From Zygnema circumcarinatum SAG 698-1b (Eukaryota; Plantae; Zygnematophyceae): 64,000 nt of DNA. Shown here one piece after another: positions 40,556-53,098 of the stretch (the first letter of the stretch is position 1; each line of letters begins with the position of its first letter). The notes under the pieces were generated by a model. That model worked only from the letters and a program-made list of their open reading frames with translations. It was not told the origin of the DNA and did not search any database. The DNA lies in contig CM074808.1 of NCBI GenBank assembly GCA_037447605.1, positions 3,596,001-3,660,000 on the forward strand, read 5' to 3'. The translations under genes were made by a program, and so were the position numbers.

Positions 40556-41711
40556 CCCTCTTTGACAATGGCATACACATCGATGAGCCTTTAGATGTAA
40601 CTAAAGCATTAGAAAACAGATACCATAAAATATTTAGAAAGGTTGAATAAAGCGATGCAATCATGTTCATGTTCTGAACCCACTTGAGCCAACCATTGAT
40701 GATGAGTTTGTCGAGAGTGATGGTCCCCACGTCGAGGATGACGCCAGCATTGCAGGGAATGACGGCGTCCTTCCCGGAAGCTTCCCCCACTCCGGGCACC
40801 ACCCTGTTGGGCCACGTGGCGGGGTCGCTCCATCTCTTCCACCCTGCAAGCAACAGACAAAATTTGAAACTCAAATTCAAATACAGGGGAAGTGTGCACT
40901 TGCAGTTGGTCTCTCTTTCAGCCCTCTCTCTCTCTCTCTCTCTCTTCCACCCTCTTTGACAATGGCATACACATCGATGAGCCTTTAGATGTAACTAAAG
41001 CATTAGAAAACAGATACCATAAAATATTTAGAAAGGTTGAATAAAGCGATGCAATCATGTTCATGTTCTGAACCCACTTGAGCCAACCATTGATGATGAG
41101 TTTGTCGAGAGTGATGGTCCCCACGTCGAGGATGACGCCAGCATTGCAGGGAATGACGGCGTCCTTCCCGGAAGCTTCCCCCACTCCGGGCACCACCCTG
41201 TTGGGCCACGTGGCGGGGTCGCTCCATCTCTTCCACCCTGCAAGCAACAGACAAAATTTGAAACTCAAATTCAAATACAGGGGAAGTGTGCACTTGCAGT
41301 TGGTCTCTCTTTCAGCCCTCTCTCTCTCTCTCTCTTTCTATCTCTCTGTCTCACCCTCCTCCTTCTCTCCCCCTTCCTTCTTAACAACATATAGCTTGGG
41401 TCTTCATCTCTCCCCCCTCCCTCCCCTCCCCCGTTTCCTTTCCCCCAACAGCAAATTCCAATGCCCTTCACTTCACCCCTCTCTCAGGCCTCCAAGCAAA
41501 CCCAAAACCCAAAAACCAAAAGCCAAAAAACCTGGAGGCTCAAACCAGTTTTTGCCGACGTCAGCTCACCTTGCGCGAGGGGCTCCGCCGGCACTGCGCC
41601 GCAGAAGGGCGCGAACACGTCCGTGACGTCAGCAGCGGCGCAGGCCGCCATGGCCATGGCCATGGCCAGTCGCAGCATGGCCCCATGCATGTTTCCACCC
41701 CCCATTGCCAT
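32609..41711 (-). CDS. Secreted G8-domain / parallel beta-helix protein (TMEM2/CEMIP/fibrocystin-like core) with a C-terminal galactose-binding-like domain; paralogue A
   Basis: Signal-peptide-like N-terminus (start ATG uncertain: 41711, 41690 or 41678). Motifs WSDPATWP..VP, IAIASTDF, LDYMHWG, AEIALLTRSIRIQG, MGQQGTLGKYPMHMH, SIHDSNQRCIVVHGS, GHCFMVEDGYEQNN, PATFW..NNVAAG; C-terminal WYFKTTF..NDGVVVYINGNEIYRNNLP..GVNTVAVEVH..FDMWL. 18 distinct exons; two of them occur twice in the assembly. Confidence 0.88.
32833..32962. repeat. Compound (CAT)n/(CAG)n microsatellite in the last intron of G8 paralogue A
   Basis: Directly visible, just upstream of the last exon acceptor on the minus strand. 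Confidence 0.95.
35250..37430. repeat. Apparently exact 1,095-bp tandem duplication containing one G8-A exon
   Basis: Identical ORFs at offset 1095 (35405/36500, 35600/36695). Exon copies at 35452-35773 and 36547-36868. Junctions lie in (GGGGGA)n. Confidence 0.93.
40530..41335. repeat. Apparently exact 394-bp tandem duplication containing G8-A exon 2
   Basis: Identical ORFs at offset 394. Exon copies at 40684-40843 and 41078-41237. Junctions lie in (CT)n. Confidence 0.93.
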
Positions 41712-43894
41712 GGCCTCTACAAAGTTAAAATTCCCGGCAAAGGAAACTTTTTACAAAGGTGGGCCCCCCCCCCGTCTAGCAGGCGCCCTCCGCTTCTCTC
41801 TTGCGGCTCGGCTCCAATGTCTTTTTGGCGGAGTGGGGCAGCGCCGCGGGGGTATTAAGGGCGCGGGAAGGATGTACGGACCGCAGATGGCTGGATCTTG
41901 CCGACAAAAAACACCAATAGAAAGAGGATGTCCCATGTGTGAAGTGAATTTTGTGGACGATTGTGCCGTAAGTCGATTGGGGTATTTATGGCGGAGGTAG
42001 GCAGAGTGGCGATTGGCCGAGCGGATTTGTCGTGAAGCGCATCTACGACAAAATGTCAGTGGTAGTTGACTGAGTGGTTTGGAAGTGGATTTTAGTTGAC
42101 CTGTTACGTGGCAATGGGTGATTGTGATTGGCCAATATGAACACGTGGAGAAAGGGGAGTGGCTTTGCACGTAGTGGGCGTGGCATGGACGATCTCGGCC
42201 ACGTCGGTGAGTACGGATCGAAAGGGGTGGAGATTAAAGCGATTCGAAGATTCCGACGTTTCCTGGCAGTTGGGCCGGCCGTTATACAAAAGACAAAATA
42301 CACGATTTTAAATCTTTTGTCCGATCTGGAAGTGGATATTTACTTTTGTACGAATAATGTAACATGACATGTTACAGACACAGACATGTTCAATGGAATG
42401 TACGGATACAACCGCCGTCATTGAATGGCGTGGACTATATGGTCAACTCTATGGTCACCGGCTAGTTGACCGTGAATGTGTGGTCAGAAGTTGCCACGTC
42501 AGCCAGTTCCGACGAGATTGGCGTACGGTTCTGACCGAGAAGCGCGCCGGCGGATCCGGTCACGTGTCAGAAATCCAGTTCCCGTTTTGTTGTTTCCCCG
42601 TTCAACATAGGAACAACGACGCAGTTTCTGAACGGAACCTACGAACTGGCCCGTGCCACGTGTCCCTTAAGACGACTAGACTATTGCATCAAATTTTTTT
42701 CCCACCGTCAAAAACTAATTACGTTTCTTTCCGCAAAGTTTCGCATGCGCCAAAGATTCCTTCCAAAAGGAAAACAATTTCCAAAAATCCACTTCACCGA
42801 CATTTTTGTTTTTTCTTCGCGCCGACTGGGCCAATCAGATTCGTTATTTTGTCCACGTGGAATACAGACCCCTTCCGTACAGTGCCCTTGTTCCCACGAC
42901 CCCCAATTAGATTCAATCATTTTTGCCCCTGTGAGTTAGCAGATCGTGCCACGTCTCCAGTTCGGCGGCTACTGCGCGCCACGCGCCGAAACCTTGATTC
43001 TGACAGATTCTATCAGATCTGACCCAGCCAATCGGGAGCTCCCTGCAATCATTATCCAGATACGGACCTCAGATCTGCCGACATGACCTCATCACTTTTG
43101 TCGCCTTGTAATTTCATACGTCAGTGACCACTGCCTGCCATCCAAAAAACGACATTAAACTCATGTCATCGTCGTATCTTCCATAACCTGACATTTTGTA
43201 CAGCTCGTACATTTCGTACAATCACAATCCGCCGGCATCCGTACGCCGCAGGGCACTGTACGCGGCCGGCGACAGATCCCAACGGTTTGAAATTGGCGGA
43301 CTCGCTGCCCCAAAATGTTTTTTTTCCAATTTTCAACTCAAATTGCGTCGATACGGACTACACATGTAATACATATCGACCCTCCCAAAATTTCTTTGCA
43401 TTCAAATTCTGCTCGAGAAAACTTCCCTCTTTGACCATTGCGCGCCGTACAGTTCTCTATTTACTTCGAGATTCCCTCAAAGACTTCCAGCCACAAACCG
43501 ACAAATTATACCGACATAGTCGTACACTGTTGACCGTATCCTGAGACTTTCGTACCGTACGGTATTTGCCGTACTGTTTGGCCGTTCTGGTTTCCTTTTC
43601 TCGGGCCCGCCGCAGCGCGCGGCGCGGGCCTCATCGGGCGAAAACGCTATAGCGGGCCGGGACGCACTCCCGCCCTCACTCCCCCTCCCACTCCCCCCCT
43701 CCCCCTCCCTCTCCCTTCCCACTTCCTCTCCCTCTCCCTCTCCCCCTCCCCTCTCCCTCTCCCCCTCCCCCCTCTTTCTCTCTCCCCCCCTCTGCTCCCT
43801 CCCCTTCCCGCTCCCTCCCTTTCTTCCCCCTCTCTCTCTCTCGTCCTCTCGCCCCCTCTCCTTCCCCCCCTCTCTCTCTCTCGCTGTGTCCGCC
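41712..43894. promoter_or_regulatory. Putative shared bidirectional promoter of the two G8 paralogues
   Basis: Lies between divergent start codons. Several GCCACGT/CACGTG motifs (42100-42960) and ten GTAC cores in 43198-43574, including TTCGTACAA at 43213-43221. Confidence 0.5.
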
Positions 43895-45412
43895 ATGGCG
43901 GCAGTGGCGGTCCTGGTCCTGTTGGCGCTGGTCGGCGGCGCGGCGGCGGCCGTGACGGACGTGTTCGCGCCCGCGTGCGGATCGCTGCCGGGGGGGACCC
44001 CCACGCGAGGTGAGACGGAAACTGAAACTGAAACTGAAACTGAAACTGAGCAAAAGTGTGAACGAACTGCTGAGATCAGCTGTCGTGCGTTAGAGGCGAG
44101 GCTTGACATGTGCACAGAATCTCGTTTCTGTTTTTTTGTGCAAGGAAAGAGAGGCATTGGCTTGGATCTATGGTTGTGAGACGTGACTGATCAAAGGAGT
44201 CATTTTTTTTTTAATATTAATTTAGTTTCTATCCTTTTTCGTGCTTGTATAATTCAAGTTTCGTGTATTTTAGTTTAAAGTTTTTGTTTTTTTGTTTTTC
44301 CTATCAAAACGTGACCGGGGGTGGGACCAGGTTCTGCTTGCCCTATTTCTTCCCTTTGATCCATGTCGTGAAGCATAGCATGGATGTTGACACGTGTGAG
44401 GTGATGGTGCTGACACGTGGCATGGCAGGATGGAAGAAGTGGAGCGACGCGAGCGCGTGGGCCAATGGCGTGGTGCCAGGTGGCGGCCGGGACGCGGTGG
44501 TGCCCTGCAACGCGGGGATCGTCCTCGACGTGAAGACCGTCGTGCTCGACAAACTCATAATCAACGGCTGGCTCAAGTGGGTGTGGGAGGGAGAGAGGGA
44601 GGGAGGAGGGAGGGAGGGAGGGAGGGAGGGAGGGAGGGAGGGAGGGAGGGAGGGAGGAGGGAGGGAGGAGGGAGGGAGGGAGGGAGGGAGGAGGGAGGGA
44701 GGGAGGGAGGGAGGGAGGGAGGGAGGAGGAGGGAGGGAGGGAGGGAGGGAGGAGGGAGGGAGTGAGGAAGGGAGGGAGGGAGGGAGGGAGAGGGAGGGGA
44801 GAGAGTGGGGGATGGGGAAGTGGAGGGAGGGGAGGGAGGGTAGGAGGGTGGGAAAGTGGGAGAATGGAAGGAGGGTGAGGGGAGGAGGAGGGGGGAAGAG
44901 GGGGGGAGGGGGTGGAGTTAAAACTAGAGGGAGAGGTAGTACGAAGTGAGAGAGGAAAGGGGAGTGGGAAGGAGGGGGGAGGGGAGAGAGCGAGAGGACA
45001 GTGAGACCAGACAGAGACCTTCAGGGTGGTCGAGAGACAGAGTGTGGGACAGACAGACAGAGAGAGAGAAAGTGGGCCACGTTACAGTACCAAGGGCTGC
45101 TTTCCCATTGCCCCCTCCCTCCCTCCCTCCCTCCCTCCCTCCCCCTCCCGCCGTCCCTAAACCCTCCCTTTGCGCCTTGGGGGGGAGTCTGCAGGGTTCA
45201 GGACGCGGGGCCCTTCCAGGTCTCCGCGAACTTCGTGGTGGTGCAGGGCCGGCTCACTATCGGCACGCCCTTGGCGCCGTACGGAGGGAAGGTGACCTTC
45301 AACCTCACGGGGGGCGGCTACGAGTACACCGTCACTCAGGGCACAAAGCAAATGCCGATCGGCACAAGGGCGTTCGCTGTGGTAAGCGCACCATCCATGC
45401 CTATAGACACAT

Positions 45413-45484
<72 letters not shown>

Positions 45485-47978
45485 TTGTATTTTTATTTCC
45501 TTTTGGTTAATTTTTGAATTAGATGGTTTTTTTTTAATCTTCTTAAAATGGTTTCATACTATTTCGAAGCTGTTCTGTCCTATAGCCTGATGGGTCACAC
45601 GATTTTCTTGTTTTTTGTGATGTTTCATACTACGTTTTATGGGAAAACTAAAAGAAAAATTTGCTCTTTGAACTTGAACCTGAACCTGCACCTCTACCTG
45701 TAACTGTAACTGTAACTGAAACCGAAACCTGAAACTGCAACAAAGTTGATGTCCGTGACCTAGAACAGTTCCATGTTCCATGTTGCGCAGGTGGGCGGGT
45801 TGGTGGAGATGAACGGGATGTACAAAAATCAACGGTCCTGGACGACGCTCCTTGAAACGGCTCCGGCCGGCGCGAGATCGATCCTCGTTGCCGGCGATTT
45901 ATCTGCATGGCCTGTGGGGGGCACAATTGCAATTGCTTCCACGGATTACAATTACAAGCAGGCGGAGACTCGGCGAATCACCTCTGTTGTGACACGTGAG
46001 TGGGCCTTCTGCCCTCTTCCAAACAAATAGAAAGTAAAAAATAAAAATAAAAATAGGGGGTAAAGATCACCAGAAGCAACTCATCAACTTTGCATGCCGA
46101 GAATGTTTCAAACAAGAAACCTAAAAGGTGATCTTTGTTTAAAAGGGAGCGGTGTTGAGAGAGACGCTCTTGCAATCAATGGATGCAGGAAAGAGATACA
46201 CCTTGCTGAACCTGGACCGACCCCTTAACTACATGCATTGGGGAGTCCCCATTCAGACGGGAATACCTGGAGTGACAATGGACCAATCTGCGCAAGTGGC
46301 GCTCCTCACACGTGCCATTGTCATTCAAGGATCTCCCAATCCCTCCGACCCTCTCATAGGTGAGAGAAATGGTTCTTTAAAGCATGAAACGTTGGAGGCG
46401 GGAGGTGGGGGAGAGAGAGGGAGGGAGAGAGAGGGAGAGGTGGGAGGGGGGTAATGTTCGAGTGAAGCGCAGAGAGGGAGAGGGAAGGGAGGGTGCGTAT
46501 TAGCGGGAAGACAAGGGAATATGGAGCGAAGGGGGAGAGAGAGGTTTGGGGAGGGACGGAGAAGAGAGGCAGAGCCTAAAATTTCAAAGGAGAGTGCGAA
46601 GAAAACGTGAACGTAAATCAGTTTCACTTAAAAAAACCCAGCAAAAAATTGACACACGCTCTTGAAACGTGACGTTGAAGGTCCCTATCCCCCCCTCCCC
46701 CCCCTTAATTTCTAAACTCTCAAATAAATTATCTTCCCCTCTTCCCTCCCTCTCCCTCCCTCCCTCCCCCTCCCCCTCCCCCTCCCCCTCCCTCCCTCCC
46801 TCCCTCCCCCTCCCCCTCCCCTCCCTCCCCCTCCCCCTCCCCCTCCCCCTCCCCCTCCCCCTCCCCCTCCCAGGTGGCCACTTCATAGTCGCCCAGACCC
46901 CTCTCGCGCAGCAGATTCTGGGCGTAGAGTTTGTGAGCATGGGCCAGCAGGGCCTCCTCGGCCGCTACGCCCTCCACTTCCACCTCTGCCAGTCGCTGGC
47001 CGCGGGCGCGCTCGTCTCCAAAAGCGCGATCCACGACTCGCTGCAGCGCTGCCTCGTGGTTCACGGCACGCACGGACTGCGCGCGGACGGAAACGTCGCC
47101 TTCAACACGCGCGGACACTGCTTCTTCGTGGAGGACGGGATCGAGAGGGACAATACCTTCTCGCGCAACTTGGGCTTCTCGACGGTGAGGGAGGGAGGGA
47201 GGGAGGGAGGGAGGGAGGGAGGGGGGAAGGGAGGGAGGGAGGGAGAGGGGCGGAGGGGGGGGGAGAGGGGTGGAGGTGGGGGAGGGAGTGGGGGGGGCGG
47301 CGAGGAGGGGGAGGGGGTGGAGGGGTGGGGAGGGAGAGGGGAAAGGAGGGGAGAGGAGGGGGGGGGGAGGGGAGGAGGGGGGAGATGGGGGCGCGGGGAG
47401 GTGGGGGAGATGGGGGGCGAGGAGGGGGGAGGGGTGGGGAGGGGAGAGGGGAAGGGGATGGGGGAGGAGGGTGGGGAGAGGGGGAAGGGAGGTGGGAGGA
47501 GTGGGGGGGGGGGGTGGGGGGGATGGGCGAAAGTAAGGAAGAGAGATGGGAAGGGAGGAGAGAGGAGGAGGGGGAGGAACGTGTAGGAGCGGGGGTGGGG
47601 GCGTAAGGAGGGGTGGGAGGCGAGTGGGGACGTGGGGAAGGAGCGAGGAGGAAAGTAGACCTTGTTGTTAAATTTAACCATTCTTAGCCTCATAGTTTTC
47701 TAAGTGCCTGGCCTCAGAATGCAACCTCGTTTTTCTTTAAACAGACATTGTTTTTATCGAGCTTCTGCATGAATTCCTTCCATCGGAATTCGTGTTGATC
47801 CTTTTTCGGTTGCTGTTTTGGGTGAGCAGTTGCCAGCTCAACGCTTAATCCCTCAAACTCAGGGAGGAGCCACTCAGAGCGATGATGCTCCTTCAACCTT
47901 TTGGACAGCGAGCGTTGCCAATAAATGGATCGATAATGTTGCTGCCGGCGGTGCAGACTCAGGGTGGGCAGCTCTCCC

Positions 47979-48045
<67 letters not shown>

Positions 48046-49836
48046 CTCTTTCTCTCTCTCTCTCTCTCTCGCTCTTTCTCTCCTTCCTTCTCTCCCTTCC
48101 CTCCGTTCTTCCCTTCTCTCTTCTCCTCTCCAGTCCTCCCTTCTCTCTCTCTCTCTCTCTCTCTCGCTCTTTCTCTCCTTCCTTCTCTCCCTTCCCTCCG
48201 TTCTTCCCTTCTCTCTTCTCCTCTCCAGTCCTCCCTTCTCTCTCTCTCTCTCTCTCTCGCTCCCTCCCCCTCTGGACTCCCTCTCTCTCCATTTCTCACA
48301 CCTCGTCGAATCAACTGAGTGAACACTGTGAAACTTACCTCATCTCTTCTTTAACCCTTCTCTATATATCCGGAAACTTTGAGTATTTAAAGCATCTAAA
48401 CTCTGCATCTGGTAGCAAAATAAGAATGGCTTCTGCTTCTGCGTGCAGGTACTGGTTTCAGTTAGCTGAGACAGTCTTGGGGCTATCAGCACTTTTCCCC
48501 GGCGCTGATAAGATTTACCCCAAATTTCAGCCACTAATGAGATTTGTTGGAAATTCTGCACACTCGTACATGCGAACCGGCTTACGAACATATTCAATTG
48601 GCTACCGGCCGAGAAGAAATGGAGGGGGTTCAGCATTTCCCCATCCTATTAATGCTGTGAGTCTCTCTCACATAGATCTCTCTCATTTCTCGCATAAGTC
48701 CTCACTCGTGTTGCATCTTCTGACTGTTTTAACACTTCCAAAGTACCAAAGACAGTTTTCAATTTTTGAGAGCTTGCATTTGGACTTAGTTGCTAAGGGA
48801 ATTCTTAAAATTTTATTGAATTTCAATAGAACAGACACCATACAGACTGATTGAGTATTAAGTTAAAGCCTGAATAGCTGTTCGAGCGCCTGAAGCATAT
48901 TTTTTTTAAATGCTTTTTTTTTTCCTTTTTGTTGTTTATACAGCCGGCAGTGGACGTGGTAATCAGTAAATTTCAAGCGTGGAAGAATGCTATGGACGGG
49001 TAAGTCAGAAGACTCTAAACTCACTGCGGGTAAACCTTTCTAATCAGCCTGAACATAAATTAAGACTCTATTTGGCCGGATTATTGAATGTAGACAAGGT
49101 TTATTTGAACCTGATGATATTTTTGCCTTCAAATTTAACGCTATATCTCTTCGGCTGTTCATTCTTCATTGTATATTCACAGACTGTTCATCCATGAAAC
49201 GGATTCCATTATTTTGGATGAAGCCATGATTGCTGATAATGCTGTTGTGGGAGTTGAGCTCCATCAAGTGGAACACTGCATTGTAAGTTCAGCCATCCTT
49301 CAAAATCAACTCAACTGCTTTCAACTCTCTGCAGCTCCCACCAGACCACAAGTAACACTTACGGGTAGGAGAAAAAAAGGGATTTATTTTACTTTTCTGC
49401 AGTGGCTCATAATTCTGCTTTCTCTTTTTTTTTTTTTGCCTTTTTTTGGCTATTGTTTTGTAGATTCAAAACTCCATCATTTTGGGTGAAACTGCGAACA
49501 TTGGGAACCCTGATGGATGCAATGATGTGCGTAATGAGTTCGCTAATTGCCGAGCTATAAGTGGCTGTCAATTTCCTGTCGATCCGAAGAAAGCTCGCTC
49601 TGCAGGAGCAGGGCAGACCAAGAGAAATGGAATCATGATTGGAGTTTTGATAGATCAGAGTGAATATCCCTCCCACGGGCTTACTATTGATGGAAACTCA
49701 AGGGGAGCACCTTTACCTCAGCACTTTAGAAACGTATCGTTTGGAAAATTCAACGCCGATTGCCGAGTGGCTGCCGGCATCTCTGGTACAGACCGATCTC
49801 TCTCACTCTCTATCCCTCCTCTCTCCCCCTCTCGTG

Positions 49837-49873
<37 letters not shown>

Positions 49874-52800
49874 TTCTCTGTGGCTCCATTGCACTCTCTC
49901 TGCCACCCCTTCCCCTTTATTCCCTTCTCCCCTCCCTCCGCCCTCCCCCCTCCGCCTCCCTCCCTCTCTCTTTCACTCCCTCTCTCCCACTCTCTCTCCC
50001 CCCCTAACTCCCTATTCCCTCCCCTCTTTCTCTCTCCCCCTCTCTCCCCCCCTCTCCTTTTTCTCTCTCTATTACCCCTATCCCCTATACCCTCCCTCAC
50101 TCCCCTCCCCTCCCCCCTCCCCCTCCCCTCCCCCTCCCCCTCCCCTCCCCTCCCCTCCCCTCCCCCTCCCCCTCCCCTCCCCTCCCCTCCCCCTCCCCCT
50201 CCCCTCCCCTCCCCCTCCCCCTCCCCCTCCCCTCCCCTCCCCTCCCCTCCCCTCCCCCTCCCCTCCCCCTCCCCCTCCCCCTCCCCCTCCCCCTCCCCTC
50301 CCCTCCCCCTCCCCCTCCCCCTCCCCTCCCCCCTCCCCCTCCCCTCCCCTCCCCCTCCCCCTCCCCCTCCCCCTCCCCTCCCCTCCCCTCCCCCTCCCCC
50401 TCCCCTCCCCCTCCCCCTCCCCCTCCCCCTCCCCCTCCCCTCCCCTCCCCCACTCACACCCTCCTCCCTCCCTCCCTACCCCCAGCCAACGGCAAGACCC
50501 CGAACGTCCTCTTCAGTGCGGGCCACAGCGGGCGCGCCCTCCGCTGGCTGGACGGCGGCCCGCGCCTGTACTTCGCGCCGCGGCCCGACGGCATTTTAGG
50601 GTTCGAAACGGCCGCGGACGCGGGCCCGCTCGCGGCCTTCTATGTGTTCCGCGACGAGGACGGGTCCACAGTGGGCGGGAGGGGGGGCTTCGCGGTCACT
50701 AACTCGCCGGCACTATTGCCCGCGGGGGGAAGGGGATGCACGGTAAGATTCGTTGGTTTTGTGGGAGGGGGGAGGGGGAGGGGAGGGGGAGGGGGAGGGG
50801 AGGGGGAGGGGAGGGGGAGGGGGAGGGGGAGGGGGAGGGGAGGGGGAGGGGAGGGGGAGGGAGTGTGTGAGAGAGCGTAAGGGTTTCAGGTGTTGGTAAT
50901 GGATTGGATTCTGGTGAGAACTGTATGGGAATGCCTGCGGAGTGTTCTGGATATGATAAGGCGTGAATAAGGCGTGAGGGAGAAGGTTTGAATGGGTGAG
51001 TGAGTGAGAACTTCTTCTTCGTTTCTTGGTTGCTGCAGTTTATGCCGAAGAGCAATGGCTATTTCTGCCCTAATACGTGCTACCGAAGCATTGCTGTCAC
51101 GACGTCGGGAATCTCAAGTCCTCCCACTTTCACCATCACAAGAGTGGCAGTAAGCACTTTCTAATGCCCCCAACCTGTTTCAATTTCTTGCACATTATTT
51201 AGACTGTTCCACTAAGAGTTTTGCTCTGACCTTCCTTACAATCTTACCGTCATTTGTAACTTTATGCACCCAAAAGCTATTGTTCCCGATCAATCTGAGC
51301 TTCAATTGCTGCCATTTTGCCTTCCAGGATGGCGTGTCGATGAAGGTCACTATGCTTTCAACAACCACCAACTTCATAAACCTGTTGGCAAACTCTCCAT
51401 ACAAAATTTCCATCACCCCCACTCCTGCATCAGTGAGCTTTTGGTATGGTGATCCGGAGGGCTGCGATGGCTCCCTTTCCATTCAGCTTGATGCCCCCTC
51501 CGGAAAGTCTTGGAAATCTACAGATGCTTCCTGGAGGTAAGAAAATCTCTACAGAAGAAAATGTTCAGTTTCACAAACATTTGCGATCAAGCAAAACATG
51601 TCTTCGTCAAATAGTTTTATGTATGTTTCCACATGAATTTCTGCACTTTTTCTTATGTGAGCGTGCTTTATTATAGTCTGAGGGTCGAACTCTGTTACAT
51701 GAATTTCTTAAACCTTTCTTTAAACCTTTCTGTGCATATGCAGGCAGTGTGCAGGATCAACTACGCCAGTATCGACTGTCTCGCAAATCTTCTATGTCTG
51801 CAATCGGGGCCAAAACCCTATCCTGCAGATTGAGCTGGGTGGGAAATCACGTCGAACTGTGACACTGTACCTAAATTCCGGCACACCATCATGCTCAACC
51901 ATGTATGCCATAGCCTGCTTACCTTCGCTCAAAATCTGAAAACTGCATTCTGAATCCTCGTCACTTTTATACGTTAGCTTCGTCTGGTTGGATTCAAATA
52001 TCTGAATTATGTGGTCGTTTAAAGCCAACGTGAATGCTTCTCAAATGATGTTGATGTTGATGTTGATGTTTTGCAGGGAATGTGGGCTCGTCCCCACAGC
52101 CGGCCAATGGCAGTACAGCGACAATGGTCAGGGTTTATCTTCGGGCTGGTCGGCTCCGTCGTCAAGAGAAGGAAGTTGGAGGACGGGAACGGCTATGTTC
52201 GGATATGGAGTCCCTGTGGTTACAACAATCCGCACAGGGAATCAAAATGTACCTCACTCTCTTCCCCTCTCTCTCTCACTCTCTCTCTCTCTCTCTCCCC
52301 CTCTCTCTCTTGCTCTCTGTCTCTCTTTTTCTATAACAGACACACACCGAGCCCCTCTCTCCCTCTCTCCCTCTCTCCCCCTGCATTGTGACTACTTGCA
52401 AGGACATTCCTTCTTCCCATGTAACTCAGACTTCTTATAATTATTGGAATACATTGGTGCTTCAAAGTTTAGGGAAGCATGGAGGGTACGAGAAAGGTCA
52501 CATCATTTACAATGAGCATTACCAATTCTAATGTTCTACGTTTTGGGCTCATGATTGGACAGAATGGGGTCGTTTGGTACTTCAAATCTACTTTCAACTA
52601 CATTAAGGCCAGTTGCATGACAACCCTAAAGTTTGGCATCGTTGTCAATGACGGCGTTGTGGTATACATGAACGGGAAAGAGTTTTACCGAAACAACATG
52701 CCTTCAGGCTCCATTACTCCATCAACAAAAGTAAGACCTGCACTCAAGCCCTACTTCTGAATGTTCTCTTCTTCTTCAAAAGGATAGCCTTGAACTTGAC

Positions 52801-53098
52801 GAAGAAGGAGACCACCTTTGTCTGCCTAAACCTGCTTCACTTGCAAAGAACTAATCCTTCCCCCCCCCCCCTTTGTCAACTTGTGATATTACAGGCCAAT
52901 GGAGCCGGTCAACAGTATGACTTTCCGGGCTTTACCGAAGTGAGCTTAGACATCAATAAGGCGAATCTGGTTACTGGATCGAACACAATAGCCGTTGAAG
53001 TGCACGCGTGGGCGGTCTGGTCGTGGAACATTCGATTCGACCTTTGGATGACGGCGGTCGGCTCCGGCTGCTCCAACCCTAAATTTTACCGCATGTAG
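43895..53098 (+). CDS. Secreted G8-domain / parallel beta-helix protein with a C-terminal galactose-binding-like domain; paralogue B (~1,080 aa)
   Basis: Signal peptide MAAVAVLVLLALVGGAAA. 18 exons (approximate): 43895-44009, 44429-44576, 45195-45381, 45791-45995, 46189-46359, 46874-47184, 47830-47962, 48449-48656, 48944-48999, 49183-49282, 49464-49786, 50486-50742, 51039-51149, 51328-51536, 51744-51902, 52077-52248, 52563-52730, 52894-53098. Same motifs and exon pattern as paralogue A. Confidence 0.9.
45417..45480. repeat. (TA)n microsatellite, intronic
   Basis: Directly visible. Confidence 0.97.
48071..48260. repeat. ~95-bp tandem duplication bounded by (CT)n in a G8-B intron
   Basis: Unit gctctttctctccttccttctctcccttccctccgttcttccc...ccagtcctcccttc starts at 48071 and 48166. 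Confidence 0.85.

Noticed and set aside
49660-50599. Pro-rich and Gly-rich ORFs in G8-B
   Set aside because: Translations of intronic C-rich tracts; the paralogue has an intron at the same position.
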